This document shows positions 45,992 through 59,149 of a DNA stretch of 64,000 nt, piece by piece. The notes below the pieces were generated by a model. The model searched no databases, was not told where the DNA came from, and saw only the letters and a program-made list of their open reading frames with translations. The DNA is from Dudresnaya verticillata (taxonomy: Eukaryota), in contig OZ374557.1 of NCBI GenBank assembly GCA_977862235.1, forward strand, positions 1,984,001 to 2,048,000, given 5' to 3'. A program made the position numbers and the translations under genes. Numbering within the stretch: the stretch's first letter is position 1; each line of letters begins with the position of its first letter.

Positions 45992-48436
45992 GCCTTGGGC
46001 GGTTGTTGCGGCGCTGTTTAGCGATTGATCACCGTCGGTTGTTGTTCCGCTGCATGCGGCATAGGCCCGCCCCGTGTGGATGGTGGCCGTGCTGCATGGC
46101 GTGCTTCTTCACGCGCGGCGCGTTCCTTGCACCGAGTGTACACATCAATGGGAACCCCACCTTCTCGGCGTCTGTTAGCCTTCGTCGTTGGCGATAGACG
46201 TCATGTACTTGCTCCTACGGAGGAAACAGTCCGGTGGGATATGCCAACGGGCATATCACAAATGACATATCAACTATCTACGAATGTCTCGACGGAACGG
46301 ACCCCTTTCTGGACAACCGGGCCTTGCTGGGTGGACATGTGGGGCGTATTCTGAGTACAGAACGCGTGCCACGGGTACAACGGAACGCCTAAAGGCGAGT
46401 TTGGGGTCTATTGCCCCGGTGTCCTCTTCTTGGACGTAGCTGTGCGTTGGTAACGCTGAAGTTGGCAGTGACGCTTATTCATCAGCTAGGTAGAGGTCGT
46501 CATTGGCTTGTGTCTCCATGTCGCCTGCACGATAAGTGAGATCGTGGAACTCAACGGAAGACGCCGCTATCATAGCGCGTGCGGTAGGATTCGTATCCCT
46601 CGTCTGTTGACGTAGTCCTGTTCGGTTATCGCCAGTAGCGAGGCGCAATGCGCGAGCGGCTTGGACCGGGGCCATTATATCCCTTCTTACTGACGTCGAG
46701 CCGGCTCTGCAGTGTCTTGCGCGATGCGCGTCGCCTTCGTCCCGAGCAAATTGGACTAATCGTTCGAAAGACAACTCCGCCCTTGGCGTTTCTTCGTGGA
46801 AGCGGGCCACTAGAGACCTGATCGACGGGCCCAACCCGTCGATTACAGTGTCATCTTTCCCACCCGGGATAAACGTTACCGCAACGAATGCATTCCGCTA
46901 CGAATCTCATGCCGTGGGTCGTCTCTTATTTTCCTTGATTCTGCCTAGTCGACCACAGGGCGCGGACAGCGTCTCGAATCGCCGCAGGCGTGGCGTACGT
47001 GCGGAGGAGGTAGTGTACCGCCTCCGGGTACGATGATACGCCGCCACGGTGCCGTGAGGACGTCGGCTTGACGGAGCGGAATTTCGTGGCTGTCGTACCT
47101 CGTAAGAAGTACAGCAGGGTGACAAACGCTTGGGCTTCACTCATCTCTAGCGTATCTGCCTCATCGGCGAACCGCATTGAAACGTTGAGGATCATGACGG
47201 GGTCGCTGGCGTTGAAGGCGGCATCCTCCATCGTCAACGCGCGTCGCTTGATATGATCTTTGACCTTCCCGGTCTCGAGTCCAGAGCGCGTCTGCTCTAC
47301 GTCTCGAAGAAGGTATGTTCGATATTATAGCAACTGATCAAAGAGAGGGTTGGAGGGGCTTAGCTCCTTCAACCCCTTTCATCGCTTACCGCGGGCCCCA
47401 TGGCACTTCCATGACCCGGGCGATCGTCGCCGTCCGACGATGCGTCGGATGACCCATCGTCACTAGACATATCTAAGGAGGATGGGCACGAGTCCCCCCG
47501 TCTACGACGGCCCATTTTCCGTACATGATGCGACTTGCGGCGGTTCTTGCCTCGTCTTTTCCGATTCTTACGTCGGGAACGGCCTTCCTCTGAACGGTCA
47601 TCGTCAGACAACATCCTCTGACTCCACCGGGCGGTTTCCAGCCGCTCTAAGCGGGTGGGCAACTCCTGAAAGCGTTCGCGTGAACTAAACTCCGACTGGG
47701 AATGGACCATCAGTGCTGCTGGCTGTGGAGCGTCTGCGTCACGGTTAGGGTTCGTCATCCGACGGTCGACGTCGGAACGGAGGCCTTGAGCGGTACTGCC
47801 CCGATCCTCTTCCAACGTCTTTAGACGGCTAAAAATGCCTCCGACATTTTCATCGAGCATTTCTGCCAATCTAAAGAGTAGCGTATCGTCTTCGGGGACC
47901 CATAGTTCCCGGATCCGCTCGCGAGGTATCGTGAGATTACCAACGCAGGCGGATGCTGGGGACGCCACTGGCGGTGTACGCGAGGGGGTCGGTCTATGGG
48001 GCGAATCCCCCGCGTTGCACTGTTGCGCTATCGGCCTGGCCGGTGAGCATCCGACACTGCCGTGGGGTGAGGGGCTGCAGCGCCTCGGGCTAGGTATCTC
48101 GTCGACGACGTTATGCTCCACAGGGCGCCCTTGATCGGCGTTGACGGGGATGGTTCGTTGGTTGTCCGGAACTTCCGATTGTTCCTCGACATTGTCGGCT
48201 TGCGTTCCGTCCTCGACGGGTCGCTGCTCGGCCGAGACCGTGTCAGCAGAATCCACGTACGAGTGGTAGATACGGAGGGCTGATTCGTTGGCAACGGAGG
48301 TGCAGATAACAACGGGTATCGGCGGGGGAGGTATTTCTCCCCTGTGTAGTGAAGCATGAGAGCGGCCGTGACCCGGGTCGGTCTGAAATGCCGATGCGAT
48401 CTCCGGCACCACGAGGTGCCCTGATCCCGTTGCCAT
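45985..48436 (-). pseudogene. gag: gag of element B
   Basis: FNASDPVMIL...EADTLEMSEAQAF...YLLRTYA and PSIRSLVARF match element A gag. Confidence 0.85.
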
Positions 48437-48664
48437 TCGCTGTAGAGACCGTTCCGACGGGGATACTCACAGGCGTCGATGACGGTCTTCTGCTTGGGCA
48501 GCCCAAGTCTCCTCAACTTGGGCCTCGCGGCGGCGGCGGTCGTGAGGCCATGATGCAGTCGTAGGGCAGCTTTAACGTCGTGGACGATTAGCGGCGATCT
48601 TCTGATGACGGTAAGTTGGACGTCACACGACGGAGTCACTCGTTGAAACGCGGCACACTTCTAT

Positions 48665-48676
48665 GTCGGGAGACCA
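48665..48676 (-). promoter_or_regulatory. PBS of element B (TGGTCTCCCGAC)
   Basis: 2 nt inside the LTR edge at 48679; same core as the element A PBS. Confidence 0.85.
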
Positions 48677-48678
48677 GT

Positions 48679-48960
48679 TGTGGTGCAAAGCGTCCGTGGA
48701 CGATCTACAACTCCGGACCGTTCGGCGTCCGGTGAGTAGCCCCTTGTAGCGGGATAGGTGCGGTAGAGCAAAGGGGACTCGCTGAGGGTGGACTGTAAAC
48801 ACCCTGGATGGTAAAGGGAAAAACAGAGGAAAAAGAGAAAAACTGCAAAAGGAAACACGTCTTGGACACGGTGCGGACGTGGAAGCGCGGTAGGGCAGAC
48901 GCTTGAGCCTCAAGTCTAGCGGGCAGGTACGCGTAGCGTGAGAAGGGTAGTCTGGACCAA
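48679..48960 (-). repeat. Partial 5' LTR of element B (outer boundary approximate)
   Basis: TGTGGTGCAAAGCG edge; GGACTGTAAACACC motif; similar to the 16852 LTR. Confidence 0.8.
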
Positions 48961-50518
48961 CGCAGGTGCGAGTTCACATTCACAATCACCCTTGACAGGA
49001 ACCAAACGCCATCGAATAACACCAACGATAGGAGTAGATGACATTAGAGACTACTTTGGAAGTAACTTCAACGTTTTGGATAACATAGAACACATCAATA
49101 CCGGGTCTGTTCGGGTTGAATTGCGCCAAAGTCCGGAGCAGACTTTCGGTTTTCAGGAATATCACGACATGCCAAGTCAGTGCGCTTCGAAGAATGGCAC
49201 TGAGAAAGAACCAGATCGATACTGGTCGTCGCGAGAGGAATTGAGGACTCGCAGTTTGGAGGACCTTCCTGTTGCTGTGCGGAAGGAGTCCTGTTTCTAC
49301 TATTTCATTGATTGGGGCGATATCGTAGAGATAAATCTCAATGTATTAGAAACAAGAAGGCTTCACCGCCGTACTGATGGCCACGAATCCGGATCAATTG
49401 AAAATCCACAACAGCGGGGAAACCTGGGGATCGCTGCGAAGACACACTTTCTTCTCATGTCTGGGCGACTGGAATGCACAGGTTTCTCATTTGATGCAGG
49501 TGTGCTGAGCAAGGGATTAAAGGGTAAGCTCAAGTCCAGAATAAACAATACATTTGAGCACGCCACGGGTGAGACCACGAGCGCATTTGACCTGCATGAC
49601 TGCACAACAGGCAGAAAGAGGACAAGGTATGCCGTGGGTGACATATTCACAGAGAAAGACCATTCAATATCGGCTTTAGACAAAGAGGGTACACGAACCT
49701 ACAGAAGTTACCTGCAGAAATGCGTATTCCAGTTTTCTTCTTTGAAATTGCAAGAGGAAGCTGAAAACGTTGATCCGGATGAGCAATCGTTTGCGTCGAG
49801 ATCATTCCTGGTAAATGTCGTTTAGACTTCTTTATCACACGATACCTCGAGAATATGGACGAAAGAACTCCCGAGAGTCCCCTTCCGTCCCCTTCGCGGA
49901 TCACTGCAAGGCTCTTATCTAGTGAAATAGGGATATTCGTCCAGGGGCTTGAACCCACATACAAGATTCATGCAGCCGGCACCAGGATGGAGTAGCGCCG
50001 GTTGTTCTAAGGTGAGAACCTCAGATGTTACACCAAGTGGCCATTGTGAATTCGCCTTACCTTTGAAGAAGTATGCTGTTCCTCCTGAGATACGTACTCT
50101 CACTGTCTTATTTACTGGGGATCAGCCCTTTACACTGCGAATATGGCCCCATTCCCACATCTATGGTAACACCAAGAGCGCACCATCAAGAGCTGCACTG
50201 CAAAAACCACTACCTTCAAGATTGGTTCTGGTACCTTCTTATAGCCTTTTGTTCGGCCGCGGAGACGTAGCAATTACATACCCCTCGGAAGAGGAAATAA
50301 AAATGGCTCCCGGGAAGTCGTCTGCAGTAACATACGCTTTGAGCGAAGGAAGGAACATATCTCAAGCGGGGAGGGATTCCGTGCTTTTGAAGAGTGGCAA
50401 TGATGCATTCGAATCTAACATGCACGGAATACTGCATTTCTACAGGGATGGTGGATCCGTCTGCGCGCACCTTGCTTCTCCGTCCGGACCACAGAGGACG
50501 CTGAGACTGATATCCTGA
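48960..50518 (+). pseudogene. Unidentified long reading frame with two in-frame stops, 5' end lost
   Basis: ORFs 48938-49825 and 49949-50518 share a frame; no motif recognised. Confidence 0.45.
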
Positions 50519-50739
50519 CAGACTGCAGCGTTTTGTACGAAAACGCAACCTGAACAAGTCGGCACTCTCCATGACGCATGTATGGCGATATTAGCTATGC
50601 ACAATATCATTGAATGGCACATAGTGCATATTCGGCACGCAATTAATTGGAACTGGACTGTTTATTCTATTCATACAGTGGAAATTGTTTAAGGAAAACT
50701 TAAAAGTTGATCGAGGTGGTTTTCATGTGTGGAGCAACT

Positions 50740-51115
50740 TGTGAACAATGTTGCAATACAACTCTATTAGTTGTTTGACATACAGGATATATGTTACAAT
50801 TGTATACACTTGCTTCCCTGTTGAAGCATCCAAGTGGAAATAGATAGAAGCAGATATTGTATCCTTGTCATAGAAGAGATCATCTGAGTATCGTGTATGC
50901 GCAGCTGTTAAGGAAATGGTAAGTGTAATAGAGTATCCCTAGTATTAGCTAGTTGGGTATAAATAGAGGCAGAGAGTAGTGCCTCTGATAAACTAGGTAT
51001 CTGATCACGGACATTGTGAAGAGATCTCCATTTATCCCTAACCTACGAGAGAGTGTCCTATAACTTCTCTAAAGTAACTACTTTGTTGCAACAGTAGTAA
51101 GCAGTTCTGTTCACT
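50740..51115 (+). repeat. 5' LTR of element C (TATAAATA at 50958-50965)
   Basis: TGTGAAC...GTTCAC inverted ends; roughly 15 substitutions versus 55890-56230 by eye. Confidence 0.88.
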
Positions 51116-51134
51116 GTTTCGAAGTACTGGGTTT

Positions 51135-54100
51135 ATGGTAAGAACCCGGCAAACCAACTACGACGTTGACCCGGAAACGTATCACGCTGACATGGCGGAG
51201 GATAATAATGCTACTTCCGTAGAAAGGAAGTCTACGGTTTTTGAGACACTAGCTCATCCTGTATTGAGAAGTGTAGACCCAAAGAAGGTAGTCGTATTTT
51301 TACGAGAAAGAGCAAGATACGAATTAGAAGTCGATGAACGGAGAAAAGAAGTGCCTACTATGACAGTTGCCTCTTATGCTGTCTCCGTGGATCGTATTTT
51401 GCTGCAGAATATGATAACAGTGGGTGCGTTAGATATTATCGCCCCTGGTGTGTCTATTGAAGAAATTACAGATGCTCAGATAGAAGCATATGTAAAGAGT
51501 ATTGTGAGAAGACGAGAAGGGGAAGAAGTTGACCCAGCTGTGATTGAAAAGGCCGTCGAGAACGTCCGAATGCAGATGGACATAGAAGATCGCTCCGCTC
51601 GCATATTGGAATTTGCTAACACGTTCTTAAAAAAATTAGAAGGTGTTGGATACGCTACGTTCAAGACTGAAAATCCGAAGAAAACTATTGCCCTCATGCA
51701 AGAGCTCCTTTACCCAAGATTCTGAAATATACCATGGCCTCTCACCTTGAATATCAGGAGGGATTAAAGAAAGATTTAAAGGCTTATGTGAAGCTGCTCT
51801 GTAAACAAGCTAAGATATGTGATCGAAAAAAATGGAGGAAAAATCTAAGAAGTCAAAAGGAGCAAATGAAAGTGGTGCCGCGGTTAACAACCCGGATAAA
51901 AAGAAAAATGGCTCACATAAAAGTGAGAAGGAAAGTAAGGCAGTAATTGCGAAACAAACCAAGACGTCTAAAATTCCGTTATGCCTCAATCCGGAACATA
52001 AGAAGAAAGGAATTCGGCATTTCCTGAGGGACTGTGACCTTACATCAAAAGATGAAGCAGTACAATTGCTAAAAGCTGCTAGAGAGAAACAACGTCACGA
52101 ATATCGGAAAGCGATTTAGAGAAGGACAAAGGATTGGAATCAAGTACTAAATTGGAAGCTATTTTCGCTTCTAAGGTACAGCGTGTGCTCTGTGCAGATG
52201 GTGGATCTGATATTAACTTAATGCTGGAAGAGCTTCTTGCGTCATTGCTGTCACATGGAGCTAAGGTGACAGTTAACAGTTTTCAGCACGTAAGGCAGTT
52301 TGGATTAGGAACAAAACATTGAGTGGAGGAGACTACCTTATCAGTCGTTTGTAAGAAGATGGCCGTAATGGATGTCGAACTAAAGATCAGGCACGGCAAA
52401 ACCTTAATGTTGCGTAACTTATCTTGGTATGTCACTGCTCAGGAAATGAGTGAGCCATTACTAGGGCGTCCGGTATTGGAAGCACTTGGTTTAGATACTA
52501 AGGAGCTACTCACTGCAGCCTGTGATAGACTGAATGGAAATTTCGATCTAAAGGACAAACAATCGGCCCCCCGAAGAACACAAAAATAGCTCGGCTACTG
52601 TCGGAGGGTGTGTATCATTCCGACAAAGGTATTAATCAGACAGCGGAAACTGTCGGAGACCATGATTTTCTTGATATAGGGAAGGACACAGAGGTAACAA
52701 TTAAGGGTGTACTACAATTATTAGTGCAAAATGCAGTCAAAAATGGTCTACCGAACCAGCATATCGACCGTCTAAAGACTATGGTGGATACATACTGGAA
52801 TGTTTTCCGGTTAAGACTAGGTCCTGATCCTCCTGCAAAAGTGGAGCCCATGAAGATACAGGTCAAGGAAAATTCTCGGCCGGTTATAGCAAAAGTTAGA
52901 AGATACACTACTGATCAGAGGGTCTTCATTGAGAATTTTACTAAGCGTCTATTGTAATACGGGTTGATTAAGCCGAATCCGAATGCGACTTGGGCTGCAG
53001 CCCCACTTATCGTTGAAAAGCCCGGCCCATCTAAGTACCGACTGACCTTTGATTATCGCCCGATTACCTCAGCGACAGTACAGACTGCGTGGACGACGCC
53101 ACATGTCGAATCAGAGTTGATGGACATGGCAGGTAGCAAATACTTTGCAAAACTAGATCTATGTCAGGGGTATTGGCAGATGCCACTACACCCTGATTCC
53201 CAACCATTATGCAGTTTCACGACACCCCGGGGCATTTTTCAACCAACAAGGACAACCCAAGGAATCATGAATGGGAGTTCAAATTTCTCATCTCGCGTTG
53301 AACCTTGCTTTCAAAAAATTCGAGATTCTTACGAGGTCGATCCTTTCAAGGCATGGCTCGATGACCTCGTCACCCATGCCCCTACAGTAACTGAATTGCT
53401 TGAAAAATTGGAAATGTTCCTGAAGATATGTGAAGAAAAGAATTTAAAACTTTCTGCTAAGAAGTGTGTACTTTTCGTGAAAGAAGTAACGTGGTGTGGG
53501 CGCATTATTGACGCCCAAGGCGTTAGATTTGATCCATCGCGTCTGGAAGGACTGCAGAGGATAAACATGCCACGATCAGCAGGGGAACTCTGCGAGTATG
53601 TTTACTGCTTGCAATGGATGTCAACCTCTATTCCTAAATTTGTGGAGAGAATAGACCCATTAAGAATCATTCTAGAAGAAGCATACAAGCGCGTAGGATC
53701 TAGAAAGAAGAGACACATTAAGGGAATTCAATTGTCAGATTTGTCATGGGGCCCTGTACAAGAAACAGCGTTTCATGACCTTCAATTCCAAATCAGAGAC
53801 TCGGTGAAGTTGGTTCACCGAAGGCCAAGTTGGGAAATTTGTGTCTTTAGATGCGTCGGATTTATTTTGGTCTGGAGTGGTTACGCAATGTCCTAAAGAA
53901 GAGTTGTGTAAGGAGGCAACGGATCAGAAGCATGAACCATTAGCATCTCTGGGTTCTGCGTTTACGAACACAGAGCAAGGGTGGACTACCTTCGAGAAAG
54001 AGGCGTTCTCTACAGTGCAGTCATTTAAGAAAATGGATTACATGCTGTTGATCGAGAAGAATACCCATATATTTACCGACCACCGGAACTTACTTTTTGT

Positions 54101-55858
54101 TTACAACCCGGAAGCCATAGAACCAGCTTTGGGTCGACATATTGTCACCAAAGTACAACGTTGGGCATTATACTTGTCACGTTACTCGTACTCAATTGAG
54201 CATATTGAAGGAACCAGTAACACTATGGCTGATATCATGACCAGATGGTACAGAGGGTATCGAGGGAGACCTAAGTCCGTAAAGCGCATATCACATATTA
54301 TTGTGCATAGGGATATTGCGGAAACCCCGTTGGCTGAGAAGTTCAAATGGCCAAGTCATGAAATGATCTTCAAGTCCCAGAAGCTCCATGCAGGTGACAA
54401 GCCATCTCCTACAACCAAAAAGGACAATGGGCTTCTGACAATAGGAAAATATGTTTGGATACCTGAAGCAGATACGGAGCTGCAGCTTAAAATATTGGTG
54501 ATAGCCCACTGCGGTGCTGCTGGTCACCGAGGAGGCGAGACTACGAGGAACATCGTGAATGAGTTATACACTTGGAAAACACTGAGAGACGATTGTTTGG
54601 AGTTTGTCGGAAAATGTCTACATTGTTTAGTAGCAAAGAGTGGGCTGAGAGTCCCTCGACCTCTAGCATTACAGACACATGGGACAACACCTAATGAAGT
54701 GATACACTTTGACTTCCTCTACATGGGTCCTGGTCTGCAAAGTTTAAAATATGTATTGGTGATCAGTGATGACCTTTCATCATATTGCGGGCTTTGTCCC
54801 ACTAGGAATGCTGACGGAGACTCTGCAGCAGCTGAGATAGCCCGATGGGTAAGAACATTTACACCAATGAGTATTTGGATCAGTGATCAACGAAGTCACT
54901 TCAAGAATGAGGTCATGAAAATACTTGCTTCAGTCTATAAGGTTAAGCACCAATTTACAATAGCCAATTCCCCTTGGGTGAATGGAACAGTTGAAAACTG
55001 TATGCGGAAGATTAGAGCTGCATGCCAATCGTTACTTTCGGAAATGAAGCTCGGACCGCAGGATTGGCCAATCGTATTAGGAATGGTAATGTCCGCTCTA
55101 AATGAGGCACCACTATATCGATTAGGAAAACATAAGGATGGTACAGTTCTATCCCCATTAGAAGTATTTACTGGGCTCAGACGAAGAAGATCTCAGATGC
55201 TATATGGAAAAGGCATTGAAGAATCAGGTGGCGATTACACAATAGAACGAGTCAGAGGCATTCAACTGATGCGTATCGTAGGTATTCAGTCTGCCATTGG
55301 AAATTTGCATAAGCACGTGTCGGAAAAGTTTCTAAGAATCGGAAGCGGCAAATAGAACATCACAACAAAAAGACCAATCTGGTCTCTCCCAACTTCAGTA
55401 TTGGAGATTATGTGTTAGTCCGGCGAGCACAAGACAAAGGGCATAAGATGAAGTTTAGGTGGCTTGGCCCAAGAACTATTTCCGATGTCATAAGTGATGT
55501 TATATATGATGTTAAGGGTTTACAAGATGGAAAAACCGAAAGAGTACATGCTGCTCGTCTCATGAAATATAGAGCTGATATGGATGGTGTTCCAGTCTTT
55601 CCGGAATTGATGGCATAGGTAGAACACCTTGAGGCGAAATATGAATTAATCGAAAATCTACTAGACATAGGAAAGGCACATGATGGTTTATTCATTCAAG
55701 TCGAATGGATGGGATTGCCTGACAAATATGATTGGACGTGGAACTCCATTGAGCAACTATATGATGATGTGCCTGAAAAGGTACTGAAGTTTTTAACTAC
55801 TACGAAGAAAAAAGTCCTTGCCAAGAAAGCTTTGGACAAACTGAACATTGTCATATAG
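51135..55858 (+). pseudogene. gag-pol of element C with stops and frameshifts
   Basis: PR LCADGGSDIN; RT DLCQGYWQMP, WLDD; RH DASD, EKEA, TDHRNL; IN HCGAAGHRG..C..C, SDQ, NGTVE; chromodomain IQVEWMGLP..DWTW. Confidence 0.92.
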
Positions 55859-55889
55859 AAATGAAATACCATACTATTTCATCGGGCAC

Positions 55890-56230
55890 TGTGAACTATG
55901 TTGCAATGCAACTCTATTAATTGTTTGACATACAGGATATATGTTACAATTGCATACACTTGCTTCCCTGCTGAAGCATCCAAGTGGAAATTGATAGAAG
56001 CAGTTATTGTATCCTTGTCCTCCAAGAGATCATCTGAGTATCGTGTATGCGCAGCTGTTAAGGAAATGGTAAGTGTAATAGAGTATCCATAGTATTAGCT
56101 AGCTGGGTATAAATAGAAGCAGAGAGTAGTGCCTCTGATAAACTAGGTATCTGATCACGGACATAGTGAAAAGATCTACCATTTATCCCTAACCTACGAG
56201 AGAGTGTCCTATAACTTCTCTAAAAACTAC
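55890..56230 (+). repeat. 3' LTR of element C (truncated)
   Basis: Direct repeat of 50740-51080; similarity stops after AACTAC. Confidence 0.9.
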
Positions 56231-57919
56231 AGTACCTTAAACAGCTGTTGTACAGCTGCAGTATATGTCGCAGCTTGGCGCGTGCTTTCGAGAAGGCATA
56301 CGTCAGGGGATAGAGGACAGGTTTTCATAGCGCCATCGGCTTCTAAGCATGCGTCAGCGGCTTCTAAGCATTTGTCAGTGCTTTTTCAGTAGTCTACAAT
56401 GGTGACCTTAGTATCAACGCGCATTGTAGCTGCTTATTCGCATTGTAATGCCTCTCCTATACCCCTCACGGTACTTTCAAGCATGAGAGCTCCAAGTGAG
56501 GTGGGTACCACGGAAAATGTCCTACAAAAGAAATAAAATTGTACACAAATGTACAGCACAGTACTGCATGTCGAATTCCCATCAGACCCAGACCTGCAGT
56601 TGGCGGCATATGTACTTATATGTAGCTTTTTCTGCACCCTAAAGAGATATACTCAGGAGAGTTGCTAGGATACGAAAAACGAAAGAAATATGTAATCGCC
56701 ATCTTCAGCTCGTCCAGATATTGATGTGGTACATATACGCAGGGTTTTGCAGTGCAAGTAATTTCGTATATCTAATCACAAACAGTGCAATTTCCACGCG
56801 GTGGTGTGTTTTCGTGGCTTCACTGCGTTCTACTTCTGTACCATTCTCCATTTAGATGGGAGAGAAGCAGAAAAAGAAAGGAATTTGCAACCACCATCAT
56901 GGGTAGGTCTGGATGTCAATGTTTCGGATGTGTGCAGGATGTAACAACGCGCGACATACTGTAGAGCTACACTCCAACAGCGATATGTCTGTATCCAAGC
57001 GCCACAGCTCTACTTCGTAGCTACAGAATGTATAGTACATGTAAATCGTATTTGCATGCATTTGTAGATGTGGTGCAACGACAAACGGCCTCCAAAAAAG
57101 TGCTCCTTGACCGGGCTACGCAATCCAAATTGGCCAACCCGCAGAAGATACTTGGCCAGAGCGCTACTGTACGGCCACGCGGACGGCGGTGGGCGACGAC
57201 AAGGAACCACACGCATAACACGCGGATCACACATGTATGCGTGTCAGCCACGTGGAAACCGCAAGAAAAATTGTCTTACTTTGACAATCTGGATACGCGA
57301 ATCCGGATCAATGTGAGATTAGATCACGGAAAAGGATTTGGCCGCCATGCTCAATCACGGGGCCAAACATGGAAAAATCAAGAACAAATCTAGCTATTAT
57401 GACCACTGATCAACAGACAAGAACTCGATTTAATTCGGCAGGGTTCTAACAATGGCCCGAAGTCAGGATTCGAGGAAGGCATTTTGGCCCATGGTGAGTA
57501 ACCTTGGCCACTAACTGTAGAATAGCTCTAGATTCGCCCAGATGGCCCATTTTGGGTCTACTTAGTCGGTCACATACTACGGCTGGGCCAAAATAGGTAC
57601 GAAACCGCCCCGCTAGAGGTTGGGAATAACGTTTTGAAAACTTTCCCAACTTGGCCGTTCTATTGCGCTCATCCAGTGTTTTGGCCACGCTTCGTCTGCG
57701 CGCTCCAGCTCTACCACGCTTGCTACCGGTGTGCAGGTCCGTTCTACGTTTGAACAATTTTCTACGAAATCTACTCGGTCTTTCTTGGTCCTTTGGGGTC
57801 TCAATTGGGCGCGGCACTCGGTGGTGCTTTTCGAGATACTACAGTAGCAATGCCTCAAATATGTAAATATAGATATTTCAATATGTAAATAAAATAGGTA
57901 TGGCCAAACGTTACCCCAT

Positions 57920-58070
57920 GGTGTAGATAAAGCTCTGCCGTAGTTCCTCAGCTGGTTCGTTGGTATCCTGACACGGATGGTAGCCGTACCAGCTGGCTTT
58001 GTACGTCATCACAGTAGGTTCGGCGCGGTGATCGAGAACCTTGGAGACCACATATTCCGTATCGGCTTGC
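57920..58070 (-). pseudogene. Isolated gypsy chromodomain remnant
   Basis: Manual translation EYVVSKVLDH...YKASWYGYHPCQDTNEP. Confidence 0.75.
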
Positions 58071-58114
58071 CGTGGTTCCAACAAGGATGGCGTAGTACCT
58101 GCTGATGGATGAGG

Positions 58115-59060
58115 TGTAGTGCAAAACGTCGTTGACGGAAAACACTGTCCGGGCCGTTCCCGTCCGATAACTCGCCTATGGTGATGAGTGCCGAGGGCTG
58201 TAGACGGGGGTCAAGTCTGGTAACACGCCAAGGGCGGACTGTAAACGCCCGAGACGGTAGAAATGGAAAAGGGAAGCGTCGTACTGACGGAGAAAAGGGG
58301 TAAAGGGGAAAGCACACGTCCACGACGGAGTGAATGAGTGCGTGGTAGTTCCGCACGTAGACCACGCTAATAGCGGCGATGTCCGCTCTTGAGCGCTGGG
58401 GTGAAGAACCACCGAGCTTCTAGCAGGAGAAAAAGAGGATCACGTCAAAGACGGAAATTGACGCGGAAGCGCGATCGTCACAACGCGTAGCCAACGTGGT
58501 TAGCAGCCATGACGCTAAAGAGAGAAGGGGCGATGTGTAAAGGCAGACCGGCTTGGCAGGGTTTACTGAGTCGTCTCCCGACGGGTTTCCTATGTAGTGC
58601 TGCTACTGCTAGAGCGATGGCGGTGGTGTCGCGGTGCGCGGGAACTCAGGACACTTGTCGTCCCAGCGTGGGTCTGACGAGTGCCCTGGAATACAGCCAC
58701 GCGCCGGAAAGACTTGTCTATACCGCGCTGCACGTAAAGCGGATGCTTACATTCACACGTGGGTACGTGTTGCGCTTACCGAAGCATGCTACGTGATTTC
58801 GCCAGCCGCATCTTGGCCCGGTTGCGGTTCGGCTGGTGCCGAGTGTGCAACGTGTCCTCGTATACCGCGCGTGCCACGTCCCACTCATAGGAAACCGGCT
58901 TTGCCGTAACCCACGCCTAGGGCGACATTTCCTGGGAAGTGCGAGCGGGCTCGCGCCCGGATCAAGATCTTGAAAGCCGTGGGAGGCGAAACGCCGAGGG
59001 CGGTAGCGGTCCGTCCGAGACGGTACAACTGCTCCTAGGGCGGTACTGAAGTTTAGACTA
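58115..59060 (-). repeat. LTR or LTR fragment related to 16852 and 48679 (far end approximate)
   Basis: TGTAGTGCAAAACGTCG edge; CCGGGCCGTTC, GGGCGGACTGTAAAC and GGTTTACTGAG motifs. Confidence 0.7.
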
Positions 59061-59149
59061 TAGCTCCCTTCCAAAACGCGAACACGCGGGGCAAATTCGT
59101 TTGCAAGGCATCATGACCGGCCATTCCGTGAGTATTGATCCAGTTTTAG

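Larger units (their letters stand above)
37600..48960 (-). mobile_element. Element B: decayed chromovirus related to A, truncated at both ends
   Basis: Partial 5' LTR from 48679, PBS, gag, PR (FLDTGSG), RT (YLDD), RH, IN, chromodomain (EYVIER...KW...TWEP near 40680-40560), spacer, antisense ORF. Confidence 0.9.
50740..56230 (+). mobile_element. Element C: compact AT-richer Ty3/gypsy with chromodomain, distinct lineage, 3' LTR truncated
   Basis: LTRs start TGTGAAC at 50740 and 55890; gag-PR-RT-RH-IN-chromodomain lies between them. Confidence 0.93.
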
